Made by a program: the position numbers and the translations under genes. A model generated the notes under the pieces. It was not told the origin of the DNA. It worked only from the letters and a program-made list of their open reading frames with translations, and ran no database searches. From Phycisphaerae bacterium (GTDB taxonomy: Bacteria > Planctomycetota > Phycisphaerae > UBA1845), in assembly GCA_963666835.2 (NCBI GenBank), contig CAXXGO010000001.1:1600001-1664000 (forward strand): a DNA stretch of 64,000 bases, written 5' to 3'. Numbering within the stretch: position 1 is the stretch's first letter; each line of letters starts with the position of its first letter. Positions 40,187-50,317 of the stretch are shown one piece after another.

Positions 40187-40996
40187 TTAGAACCTTCTCA
40201 GGTTCGATACCACACTCAGCGATTCGTCGGCGCTCTTGATCGACTGACTATTCAATTCAAAGGCCCGTTGCGTGGTGATCAGGTCGATCAGTTCGCGCAC
40301 GGGATCCACATTGCTCTTCTCCAGGTGTCCCTGATTGATGGCCCCGAGACCGTCCGATTGGGGCGTGCCCGTGACCGGTGCCCCGGACGCGTCAGTTTCA
40401 ATGTAGAGGTTCCGTCCGATCTGCTTGAGCCCTTCAGGATTGACGAACCGGGCCAACTCGATCTGCCCGACGGTCGTCAGCGTATTCGATCCCTGCTGCC
40501 GCACTTGCACCTCTCCGTTGGCGCCCACGCTGATGTCGAGGGCGTCGTCCGGGATGGTAATGGGCGGCTCAATGAGCGGGCCGCGGCTGTTGCCCAATAC
40601 GACGTTCCCCACGGCGTTCTGCGCGAAGTTTCCGGCTCGCGTATACGCCGTGATCTCCGAGCCGTCCTGGACGGTCTGAACCTGATAGAAACCCTCTCCG
40701 TCTATCTGCCAGTCAAGCGGCCGGTCGGTCGGATCCACCGAGCCGGGCGCGAAGTTCAATTGAGTGCCCGATACCTTCACGCCGGTACCTACGAGAATTC
40801 CGTGAGGAACCGGCTCATCTTGAGCATTGGGGACGCCCGGCTCCCGCTTGACCTGATAGAGCAGGTCCTCGAAGTTCACCCGGGACCGCTTGAAACCTTC
40901 GGTGTTGATGTTCGCCAGGTTGTTGGCCACGACGTTGAGCTTCTCATCCAGAGCTCTCATCCCCGAGGCAGCGGCGTGTAATGCGGTTATTGCCAT
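40187..40996 (-). CDS. flgG: Flagellar distal rod protein
   Basis: AASGM..VVANNLANINTEGFKRSRVNFEDLLYQ, YTRAGNF, LEKSNVDPVRELIDLITTQRAFELNS. Confidence 0.95.
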   Translation of the reverse strand: MAITALHAAASGMRALDEKLNVVANNLANINTEGFKRSRVNFEDLLYQVKREPGVPNAQDEPVPHGILVGTGVKVSGTQLNFAPGSVDPTDRPLDWQIDGEGFYQVQTVQDGSEITAYTRAGNFAQNAVGNVVLGNSRGPLIEPPITIPDDALDISVGANGEVQVRQQGSNTLTTVGQIELARFVNPEGLKQIGRNLYIETDASGAPVTGTPQSDGLGAINQGHLEKSNVDPVRELIDLITTQRAFELNSQSIKSADESLSVVSNLRRF

Positions 40997-41009
40997 GGGT
41001 TATCGTCTT

Positions 41010-41777
41010 CTATTGCACTCGGCCCACTCGGGCGACGGCCTGGCCCGTAACCTGATCCTGCAACTGAACCATTGTGGCGTTCATCTGGTATGCGCGGGAC
41101 GCTTCGATCATCGAAGCCAGCCCCTGCATCACGTCAAAATTCGCTCCCTCGCGGGAGTTGGGCACAAGCTGAGTCGCTATTGGCTCCATCGTGGCATCGC
41201 CGGCAGTGAAGAGATTCTCGCCGACTTTGCGGAGGGCTCGTAAGTCGTCAGCGCCGACGACACCGAGCTTGGCCACTTCCACTTCGCCTTCCATGACGCT
41301 GCCATCCGCTCCGATGGAAGCCGGACCGCCGGTATTGCTCAACACGATCGGGGCACCATCTTCCGAAAGCACTTTCCAGGTGCCGTTGCCGGCGGCTAGG
41401 GCCAGTTCTCCGGCGGCGTTTCGGGTGAACTCCCCATCCCGCGTGTAACGTGTCTCGGCGCCGTCACTAACCGTGAAGAACCCCTCCCCCTGAATGGCTA
41501 CGTCCAGCGGCTTATCGGTGCGTTCAATCGGTCCTTGCTCAAAGCTGTGATAGGAAGGGCGGACGTTGATCCCGCCGGCCATTCCATCCAGCACCGGATG
41601 CTTGAAGGTAAACCCGTCGACGGATTCCTCGCTCTCGACCGGACGCTGCATCACCATGGCCAGATCGTGCTTGAAGCCGGTGGTGTTGGCGTTGGCCAGG
41701 TTGTTGGTCAGAATGGTCTGCCGGTGATCGTTCACCTTCATCCCCGTCGCGCCTAGCCATAGTCCGTAGCTGCTCAT
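41010..41777 (-). CDS. flgF: Flagellar proximal rod protein
   Basis: NNLANANTTGFK, PLDVAIQGEGFF, YTRDGEF, MIEASRAYQMN; directly upstream of flgG. Confidence 0.88.
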   Translation of the reverse strand: MSSYGLWLGATGMKVNDHRQTILTNNLANANTTGFKHDLAMVMQRPVESEESVDGFTFKHPVLDGMAGGINVRPSYHSFEQGPIERTDKPLDVAIQGEGFFTVSDGAETRYTRDGEFTRNAAGELALAAGNGTWKVLSEDGAPIVLSNTGGPASIGADGSVMEGEVEVAKLGVVGADDLRALRKVGENLFTAGDATMEPIATQLVPNSREGANFDVMQGLASMIEASRAYQMNATMVQLQDQVTGQAVARVGRVQ

Positions 41778-41974
41778 CGTTCGCTCCGCAGCTCCGCCCC
41801 GTTGTGATTGCAGCCCGACGAAACCGCAGCCGCCTCCAGGGTCGCCAGTGCCTCACGGTGCCGAGCCACGATCTTGGACGCGCGCCGTCGAACCAGTCGG
41901 CCGAGACCGCTCAAGTCGAGCGACATAAGGTCGTCACTATCCGGGTTAGGCTTAGATGGCACGGTCCAGCGCAT
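41774..41974 (-). CDS. Small hypothetical protein heading the flagellar operon
   Basis: ATG preceded by AAGGAG; stop overlaps the flgF start (ATGA). Confidence 0.45.
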   Translation of the reverse strand: MRWTVPSKPNPDSDDLMSLDLSGLGRLVRRRASKIVARHREALATLEAAAVSSGCNHNGAELRSER

Positions 41975-42031
41975 TCCGCGTACTCCTTCCACCGTGACGG
42001 TGGTTCCACAGACATTCGTGCTGGCTTCTAT

Positions 42032-42125
42032 GTCACGGGGTGTGCCAATCGCGCCTGAGCAAGCCTCGAAACTCGCTGTCGGAGGCGGGAGGGTGCCTGT
42101 AAATCTTTTCTTGTTAAGGACTTAG
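42032..42125 (-). promoter_or_regulatory. Possible sigma54-like promoter plus IHF-like site for the flg operon
   Basis: Minus strand TGGCACACCCCGTGAC (42047-42032; imperfect -12) and AT-rich AAGTCCTT-N7-AAAGATTTA (~42123-42100). Confidence 0.35.
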
Positions 42126-42423
42126 GTGCGGCGGCGGAGACTGCATCCTGGATGGTCGGCGGGTTTTGCCCGCCACGCCGACGCGCAAGACCTGCCGGTC
42201 GATCGGCAACACTCGCCGCATTCTGCGCCTCGGCGGGCGGAACGCACGTGGTGTTTGTACGCCGAATGCCGCTTCAATGCGGGCGTTTTATATTCGCAAA
42301 CGGATCTGCCGGCCTGGAGGAGAAGTTGTCAGGCAGGGGAACTCCGGCCGGCCGCGCCCCTTCCTTAACTGGGGCCGCGGGGAGGCCGTGGCGGCTGCCC
42401 GTCCGGCCAAGTACGATGCTCGA

Positions 42424-43821
42424 ATGGAACTGATGTTGATGATCGGATGGGGTGGCTTCGCAGGTCTGGCCTTGGGGATGGTAGCGTTCATCGCCACTTC
42501 GATCCACGAGCGCAAGTGGCGGGCGGTGCGGGTCGCGGGGTTGTTGTTCTTTCCACTGGCTGCGGCTGGCGTTGGGTTGCTGATTGCGGACTACCCCGGC
42601 AGAACGATTGTGATGACTGCGGGGCTGGGGTTGGGGGCGGTGCTTACGCTCCTGCTGATCATGCCGATCGGGGTGGCGCCTCGGATGGCGGTTCGAGGTC
42701 CGCAGGATCGCGTCGATGAGCGTGAAGTCGTCTTCCACCGGTTCAACCGACTGAAACCCGGCACGCCGGAATTCGAGGAGCACTATGGAGACCGGCCTGA
42801 GGTTCGGCTCGACGACGAGAAAACGCGGGCTCTCCCGAGGTTGGGGCAGCCTGGTTCCAGAGCGTACCATCCGCTGACCGCTCCCTTTCAGGTTGCCATG
42901 TTCGACGTGATCGAGCGGATGGCAAGTGACCTCGAGTGGTCACCGGATCCGATAGAGCGCGAGCCGGTGCAAGCCGCTCCGGACGAGTTCACACGGAGGA
43001 TCAAGGGGTTCGCCCGGTACCTCGGAGCCGATCTAGTCGGTACGACGAAGCTCAATCCGGCCTATGTGTACAGCCACATCGGCCGGTCTCCCGGCGTGAT
43101 GGGCGAGCCCATTGTCCTGGATCACCCGCGGGCCATCGTCGTGGCTGCCGAGATGGATCACGACATGGTCCGGCATGCCCCCGAGAGTCCCACCACGACG
43201 GAGACGGCGTTTAAATACTTCGAGGTTGCCAAAGTGGCAATGTTGACGGCCCGCTACATCAACATGCTCGGGTACGAAGCCCGGGCTCATGTGGACGGTA
43301 ATTACCGGGTAATGTGCGGTCCGATCGCGGTCGATGCCGGCTTGGGTGAACTGGGGCGGCTGGGGTTGATCATCACGCCCGAGTACGGTCCGCGGGTACG
43401 CTTGGCAGTGGTTACTACAAACCTCCCGCTGGTTGCCGATGAGCCGATCCATTTCGGGGTGCAGCATTTCTGCGATTTCTGCAAGAAGTGCGCCGAGAAC
43501 TGTCCGTCGCAATCGATCGAGGCGGGACACAAGTCCGTATACCGCGGGGTCGAGAAGTGGCAGAGCGACCAGGACGGATGTTATCGCTTTTGGAGGATGC
43601 AGGGCTCCGATTGCGCCGTATGCGTCAAAGTGTGCCCGTACTCGCACCCCAATAGTCCCCTGCACCGGATGGTTCGGTGGGCCATAAGCCGCAACGCCCT
43701 GGCGCGGCGCGTGGCTTTACTGGGAGACGACATCTTCTACGGTCGCCGGCCGCGCAATCGGTTTCCACGCCCTTACTGGCACGCAGAAAGCGCGCCTGGC
43801 GAAGGCTCGCGCGACTGCTGA
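42424..43821 (+). CDS. Reductive dehalogenase-like cobalamin / 2x[4Fe-4S] protein with N-terminal transmembrane helices
   Basis: Three hydrophobic N-terminal segments; IKGFARYLGADLVG, AGLGELGRLGLIITPEYGPRVRL, FCDFCKKCAENCP, CYRFW...CAVCVKVCPYS. Confidence 0.8.
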   Translation: MELMLMIGWGGFAGLALGMVAFIATSIHERKWRAVRVAGLLFFPLAAAGVGLLIADYPGRTIVMTAGLGLGAVLTLLLIMPIGVAPRMAVRGPQDRVDEREVVFHRFNRLKPGTPEFEEHYGDRPEVRLDDEKTRALPRLGQPGSRAYHPLTAPFQVAMFDVIERMASDLEWSPDPIEREPVQAAPDEFTRRIKGFARYLGADLVGTTKLNPAYVYSHIGRSPGVMGEPIVLDHPRAIVVAAEMDHDMVRHAPESPTTTETAFKYFEVAKVAMLTARYINMLGYEARAHVDGNYRVMCGPIAVDAGLGELGRLGLIITPEYGPRVRLAVVTTNLPLVADEPIHFGVQHFCDFCKKCAENCPSQSIEAGHKSVYRGVEKWQSDQDGCYRFWRMQGSDCAVCVKVCPYSHPNSPLHRMVRWAISRNALARRVALLGDDIFYGRRPRNRFPRPYWHAESAPGEGSRDC

Positions 43822-43832
43822 GGCCGCCGGGC

Positions 43833-45320
43833 TCAGAGTCTCTCCACGATGCTACGAAAGTGCTCTCCGCGTTCGACGAAGTTGGCGTATCGATCGAAGC
43901 TGGGAGCCCCCGGCGAGAACAGAACGGCGTCACCGGGTCGCCCCAGGGCCTTTGCGGCTTGGACTGCCTCAGCCAGATCGGCGGCCTCGGTGACAGCGAC
44001 TGCTCCTTGTGAATTCGCGGTTTCTCGCAAGTTCTCAGCAAAACCGGGGCCGGATTCCCCCGTGCAGATCACCGCTTTGGCCGATTCGGCCACGTCAGCG
44101 GCCCAGCCTTTCGGTGGAGTGCCCTTATCCTGTCCCCCGACGATGGTGATCACCGGTCTGTCGAAACAGTTGAGCGCCGTGAGAGTAGCAGCCGGCGAGG
44201 TCGACTTGGAGTCGTTGTAATAATCCACGTCGTTAATCGAGCGGATTAGCTCCAAACGGTGCGGTAGGCCGGCGAATGAGCGCAGGTATATGCGCATGCG
44301 GCCCTCGTCGATCCCCAGATGCCGGCCGACTTCCAGAACGGCTGCGGCGTTCATTTGGTTGTGATCGCCCGGAACGACGAGGTCGATAGGAGGCTCCGGG
44401 GCGTGAATGCGAGTCAGGCGGTCCGGGCGGTCCTTCAACAGGCCGGCGAGCAGTGCCTCGGCAGCCGGGTGAAGCTGCCCGACGATCACGCGACTTTCCC
44501 CATCGGGGTCGCGCGCGACGTTCAACTTGGCCGCCGCATACTCAGCCAGTCCGTCATAGCGATCCAGATGGTGAGGGGCGAGGTTGAGCAGGACGGCGAG
44601 GTTGGGAGCCCAACGGATTCGCGGCAGATCCTCCAGTTGAGCATTCGAGAGTTCGAGAACGACCCAGTCCGTCTTGCGGATCCGGGGCAGGTCAGAGAGT
44701 AGTGACTTGCCGATATTGCCACCGAGATGTACCCCAGTATAACGGGCATGCCCACTCCGCAGATGGGCTTCGAGGGACACCGCCAGCATTGTACATGTGG
44801 TGCTCTTACCGTACGAACCGGTGATTCCGATGACCGGTGCGGGGCAGCGTTCACAGAACAGGTTGATTTCGGTGGTCCACGGGATCCCACGTCGCAGGAT
44901 CTCCTGAAACAGAGCCGATTCTCGCTTTCGAACGGCCGGGTTGACGATGACCAGGTCACTCTTGTCCAGGATGCGAGGGTCGTGGCCGCCCAACTGCAGT
45001 TGAATGTCGAGGTCCTCGACATCCTGGATCGATTTCTCGAGCTCATCCGGGTCGGCTTGGTCGGTGACGGTTACGGCCGCGCCCTGGGATGCCAGCCATC
45101 GCGTGACCCCGATCCCGCCCCCGAACCTACCGAGCCCGATAACCAGCACGCGAGCATCATTGAGGGTCTGCGAAGGACTCTCGGGCTGTCTGGGGCGGGT
45201 GTCGGGCACCGGATATCTCGCCTTCTCTTTGGATTCCTCTACTACCGTTGCGCGCTGGCCCTCAATGGGCGGATCTGCGGCGCGGTAACGCTCGGCATTG
45301 TAGACCGCCGGCCGGTTCAC
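43833..45320 (-). CDS. murD: UDP-N-acetylmuramoyl-L-alanine--D-glutamate ligase
   Basis: VIGLGRFGGG, IGITGSYGKSTT, LGGNIG, HLDRY, GLPHRLE, YNDSKST, FSPGAPSFDRY.NF.ERG; start uncertain. Confidence 0.93.
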   Translation of the reverse strand: MNRPAVYNAERYRAADPPIEGQRATVVEESKEKARYPVPDTRPRQPESPSQTLNDARVLVIGLGRFGGGIGVTRWLASQGAAVTVTDQADPDELEKSIQDVEDLDIQLQLGGHDPRILDKSDLVIVNPAVRKRESALFQEILRRGIPWTTEINLFCERCPAPVIGITGSYGKSTTCTMLAVSLEAHLRSGHARYTGVHLGGNIGKSLLSDLPRIRKTDWVVLELSNAQLEDLPRIRWAPNLAVLLNLAPHHLDRYDGLAEYAAAKLNVARDPDGESRVIVGQLHPAAEALLAGLLKDRPDRLTRIHAPEPPIDLVVPGDHNQMNAAAVLEVGRHLGIDEGRMRIYLRSFAGLPHRLELIRSINDVDYYNDSKSTSPAATLTALNCFDRPVITIVGGQDKGTPPKGWAADVAESAKAVICTGESGPGFAENLRETANSQGAVAVTEAADLAEAVQAAKALGRPGDAVLFSPGAPSFDRYANFVERGEHFRSIVERL

Positions 45321-45430
45321 ACCAGAAGGAGCCGGTCGACCCTGTGATATCCAGTCCGCAGCGATTACCGGGAATGGGGTGGAGGGGGTGCTGAGCTGCT
45401 GTTTCGGAGAGGATGGCTGCGCCGCGTTTA

Positions 45431-45460
45431 TTGACAGGTCTCTTAGGCTACCCGTATAAC
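45431..45460 (+). promoter_or_regulatory. Sigma70-type promoter candidate
   Basis: TTGACA-N18-TATAAC upstream of the FG-GAP lipoprotein gene. Confidence 0.5.
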
Positions 45461-45618
45461 TCCTCGACTGTGCGCTAGCGGGGGTGAGGGTGCCCAGAGG
45501 CGGCGTACCCCCGTGCGTCTAAGGTCTTAGCCGGCGGGTTGGGGGCGGTTCTTCGGAGCCGTGACCTTGGCTTGGCGACCATCCTTGACGCCTAACCAGG
45601 TTTTCTCGGAGTTTCGAG

Positions 45619-48600
45619 GTGATGACTTATATGTTGAGTGGTAGCGGCCGGTTCTCGCTTTTCCGGGTTGCGAGTTTCGGGCTCTGTGCGTTGTTGGCGG
45701 TGGTTCTGGTGGGTTGCCCGACGGCTGTGGATCCAAATGGCAACACCAACGGGAACACTAACACTGCAACGGGCTTGGATGGGGTCGAAGGCGAGATCAT
45801 CACGCTGCGGACGAATCGGTCTGTCTCGGCCCTCGAGCCGTTTATGTCGATCCTGTACAACCTGTCCGGGGTGCCGAGCGGCGCCGGAATCAGCGCTTTT
45901 CGGGTCCTGGTCGAGGATAGCTCTGCTGACGCAGAGGAGATCGGCGCGCGTATCGTGATCGCTACCGGCCTGTTGGAGGGGGAGTCTCAGGCCTTCAGCT
46001 TTGATCCCCAGACCTCAGGGGCGGGTTATCACCGTTTGGGCTTGTTGATTACGTCCGGTGAAGAGCAAGTGACGGTTCTCAGCGACGGTACCGTTCACGT
46101 GCAGAGCCCCCCGTCACCCTCGTTTGTTCTGCCCTCCGGGGCGATCACCGAGGTCACGGTGGACGAGCAGGTTTTGATCAAGTTTGATGCCGGAGACCTC
46201 GACGACAACGCTCAGTGGCGTCTTTTCTACTTCTCGGCGAGCGACTCACTGAGCGGTGCCATCAGCACGTACGGTACGCAGTTGGCGATCGGCTCGGGCA
46301 ATGTGGGCAGCTACACGTTGTCGACGGAGGGGTTCGCCCTTGGCGATTATCAATTAGGGTTGTCCGTAACCAACAATGGTGAAACGGTTGCCGACGCCGT
46401 CACGAACGGTAACGAAGAGTATATCGTCACGATTCCGAACGGCACCTCAACGCCGATCCTCCGGGTGGTTGAGGAAACTTCGGTAACTCGGCCGACCTTC
46501 GTGTTCATCGATCCGGGAACCAGCGGAGTAGAGCTGTTCGGCAGCGAGGCCTATACCATCCGGTTTGCCGCCACGGCCGATGACGAGGGTGGGGACGCCA
46601 CCATAGAGCTGTTCCTCGACAAGAACGAGGACGTAAGCGATGGCTTCACCCGCGTATTGGCTTCGGATCTATCTATCACGACGACGGCGGTGTCATTGCC
46701 GACGAATCTTGCGGAGGGCACGTACTACGTTGGGGCGACCGTTACGCAGGGGTCCGTTCTTCCCGTGACAACGTATGCGAACGGCTCCATAAAGATAGTC
46801 CGTAAGGTGAGTCTACTGGTTACGGCCCCGAACACCAGCCTGCCGGTCTATCCGGGTGCTCCCGTCGAGGTCAAATGGACGACGAATGTACCCGCCACGG
46901 TGGGTACGGTGGACGTCTTTGCTCGTGCGTTGGACGAGGACGACGAGCCGATGGGCTCGGAGATCGAGATTCTGGCGCCTTCGTCGACGTCGGTTACATC
47001 CGCGGATTTCAGTAGCGACATATCCGGCGTTTTTCGGATTACCGTTCGCCTGCAGTTGAACGACACCACCTACGACAGCGGAAGCTGCACGGACGGGGTC
47101 TGCCTGCAGAACGCCCCCAGGGCCGTGCGGATCTCTTCCACGCCGCCGGTGCTGTGGCTGGGATCGCTGGCCGAGAGCGAGCCCCCGTTCGAAGGGGCGA
47201 TTTTCGAGGGCGTCAACTACCAGGATAATGCGGGTACGGCGTTCTCGGCGGTGGGCGATTTGGACGGCGATGGGCTCGGAGAGTTTCTTGTCAACGCCCG
47301 ATACGGCAAGCCGTTCTTCCTCAATTCGACCGGAGTCGGTATGGGGGAGGCCTATCTCATCTACGGCGAAAGCGGCGGCAGCAAGCTCCTGGGTTCGTAT
47401 AACCTCAACTCGGTATCGACCGGAGGCATCAGAGGTGTAGCGTTCACGGGGATAAGGACCAAGCAGGGCTCAACCGCCACATCCGGGATGAGTTCGGTAT
47501 CACGGCTCCCGGACGTCGACGGGGATGATCGGGACGAATTGGTGTTCGGTTTCCCGTACATCGATTCGCGGGGGCACAACGTGTCCACTGTGCAGGATGG
47601 AGTAGTTGACCCGCGTTCACTTGCCACGCTCGAGCGCGAGGGGCAGTTCAAACGCGGCGGTATCGTGATCGTCAGCAGCCGCAACAGTATATTACAGGAT
47701 CCGCCTACTACCGGGGGCGGGGCGGTGATCAATCTGGACTTGGTTGGTCAGGACTTCGAAGTGACCTGCGTGCAGCCTGAGCCCGAGGAGAGGTTGCCGG
47801 ACGACACCGGAGAGTTTACGGTCGATGCCCACTCTGCTTTCACCGGTGATGATCCTTGTTCGGGGACGTGCGAGAACCGTTCGAGCGGTGGGAGGGCGGA
47901 TGCGACGGAGTACGTCGACTTCGGATTCGTGGCCGCATTGTCCCGGGATTTCTTCTCGACTTATGTCTACAGTTTCGACCTGTACGATGGGGTCAGGTTC
48001 TGCACGGCCATCGATCCGTTCGTCAACGACGATTGTACGGGCTTCCGTCCCCTCGAGTACTGCACGCCGTTTGTGGCGACCTGTGAGCCCTTCTCGCCGG
48101 GGCTACACGCGGATGCACTCGATCCCGACGAAGGGGATGCTGACGAGTACGGCAACCCGTTCTACACGCGACACTCGGGGTTCTACCCCTACTTCCTGGA
48201 AGACGAAGGTGATGGGCAAGATGTGGTGCTGAACGAACCGCTTGAGCCCCTCGGAGGCCCGGATTATCGGTGTTGGTTGTCGGGGACGGTTTTGGCACGT
48301 CGCTTACCCTGAGCAACCGGGCCGGTTCGGGGGCAGGCGACATCATTGTCTCGTCGCCTGAGCGGACGGCCCGCGGAATACTCTTCGGACCGACGGGTGG
48401 TGGATGCACCGACCCGACCATCTGCGGTGGGGAGATTGACGGGCTGGAAGAGTCCCCCGGGGTTCCCGAAGGTGAGCACGAATTCGGGCGTGGCCTATAT
48501 GTTCGCTCTTAGAAGCCTGTGGACTCAAGACGGATTAGGTCAATATCCGCCGAGGCCGCACCAGTATATCGTGGGCGAGGCCAGCCACTGCGGGCGGGGC

Positions 48601-49790
48601 CGACTTTCCTGATCGACAACGTTGACGCTACCCGGATCTCCGGGTTCTCCAACGATCAGATTACGAACATTGTCGGTATCGACGACTTCAACGCGGACGG
48701 CCTCAACGATTTTGCGGTTGGAGCCCCCGAGGCCGACTCTGGAAATGGCCGGGTCTACGTAGCGTTCCGCCGGAGTGTAGGGCTGGAGGGCGATTTTGTA
48801 TTGGAGAAACTTGCGTATGCTCCGGATGATCCGGAGCGTCTAACCGGGGCCATGATAATCACAAACACGGCCGACGAATTGGGATCCAGCTTGGCTTCGG
48901 GAGTGGATTTCAACGGCGATGGGCTGTCTGATCTGGTGATTGGAAGCCCGGGCGCTTCCGGTGGGATAGGCGAGGTCACTATCGTTTTCGGCGATGCGAA
49001 TCTGCGCACTCCTGAAGACGGCGTGACTGTTTCGACTCTGCTGGCCACGCGCGACGCTTCAGGGCAGCCGCGGGCTGTGCGGATAACCGGCAACAGCCTC
49101 GACAGTCGGGGCAGATTCGGTTTCAACGTGGCCAACGGTGGCGATGTCGACGGCGACGGCTACAACGACCTGCTCATAGCCGCGCCGGGTGCGACGCCGC
49201 GGTTCGATCCGGATCCGACTGATGATGACGATTCCCTGACGGAGCCCGGCATCGACGCGGATTACGATGGTTACGCGGACGATGTAAGCGGCCCGCTAGG
49301 CTTGCCGAATGGCAATGATCCGATCACAGAGCCCGAGAGCTATGACCGTCTCGACAACGCGGGACTGGTCTACGTCATCTACGGATCCAACCGCCTCGAC
49401 CAGATTCAGACCTGCGAGGGCACTACGGATCTTTGCACTACCGATGCCGATTGCGGCGATGACATTGCGTGCCTTAGCTCAGACTTCACCGTGAGTATTG
49501 ACCAGCTCGGCGGTGACAAGCTCATGGGCTTCATTGTCGCGGGACGCCGCGAGGGTGACCGCCTGGGTGGTGGCGACGCGGGGGACACCGACATCGGAGG
49601 CAGCTCGGAAAAGACCGGACGTGGTCGTTCCTTCGGCTTGGCTTCGGCAGGTGACGTCGACGGTGATGGGCGAGATGACATCGTGATCGGGTCGGTGCTG
49701 GCCGATCCGCGGCCCGATCCCAACACCGGTTCTGCGGTGGAGAACGGCGGAGAGGCCTACTTGATTTATGGGTCAGTGACCAACCCGTAG
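45619..49790 (+). pseudogene. Large FG-GAP / integrin-alpha-like repeat lipoprotein (~1390 aa) split by clustered frameshifts (pseudogene or sequence error)
   Basis: Lipobox LVGC; FG-GAP motifs (GDLDGDG..EAYLIYG, DFNADG..GRVYV, GDVDGDG) in ORFs 45619..48312 and 48519..49790; protein-like text continues across frames at ~48256, ~48278, ~48460, ~48595. Confidence 0.75.
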
Positions 49791-49999
49791 GACCGAAAAA
49801 CCGAAGATTCTTAACGGGAGTCATCTCCGGCTTGGCCGCCCCGGGCGGCGGCGAGTCGGGGGTGGCTCCTGTTCGTTTGGGCGCCCTGGCGTCAAGCCTG
49901 CCCGAACCCGGTTTCCGGATCAAAACGCACTGCGCAACTCTCGTTATTCCCGATAATTACGGTGTCTGCGGCCGGTCAGCGGGTCTGAGGACGTTCAGG

Positions 50000-50029
50000 T
50001 TGACAGACAGTTGTCTGGAACGATACGAT
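50000..50029 (+). promoter_or_regulatory. Sigma70-type promoter candidate giving a ~280-nt leader
   Basis: TTGACA-N18-TACGAT. Confidence 0.45.
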
Positions 50030-50317
50030 TGCCATCGGGATGTGGTCTCGATGTCCGTTTGCGTCCGCGCGGCGGAACAGCGGAAAAGGGCGATAGACGC
50101 CTTCCTGGGGGGTTCCTGGCAGGTGCGGTGACGCGCCGCCCGGCGGCTGGGGCTGCGGTGTGGGACCCTCGCAGTTTCCGTCTGCGGCGGAATGAGGCGG
50201 CACTGTCTCGCCGGTGGGATCATGGTAGAAGCGGCGGGATCTTCTTTAGTAGGGACTGGTGATCGAATCGATCTCGAAAAGTAGAGGTCGACGAGCGTCC
50301 AACGGGAGTGGCATTCG

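Noticed and set aside
42166..42423. N-terminal extension of the 551-aa ORF as a Tat signal
   Set aside because: Arg-rich but with no S/T-R-R-x-F-L-K motif and no following hydrophobic core; the real start is more likely 42424.
42424..43821. queG call
   Set aside because: The C-terminal Cys pattern (CYRFW...CAVCVKVCPYS) and N-terminal membrane segment fit RdhA-like proteins better than QueG; not fully excluded.
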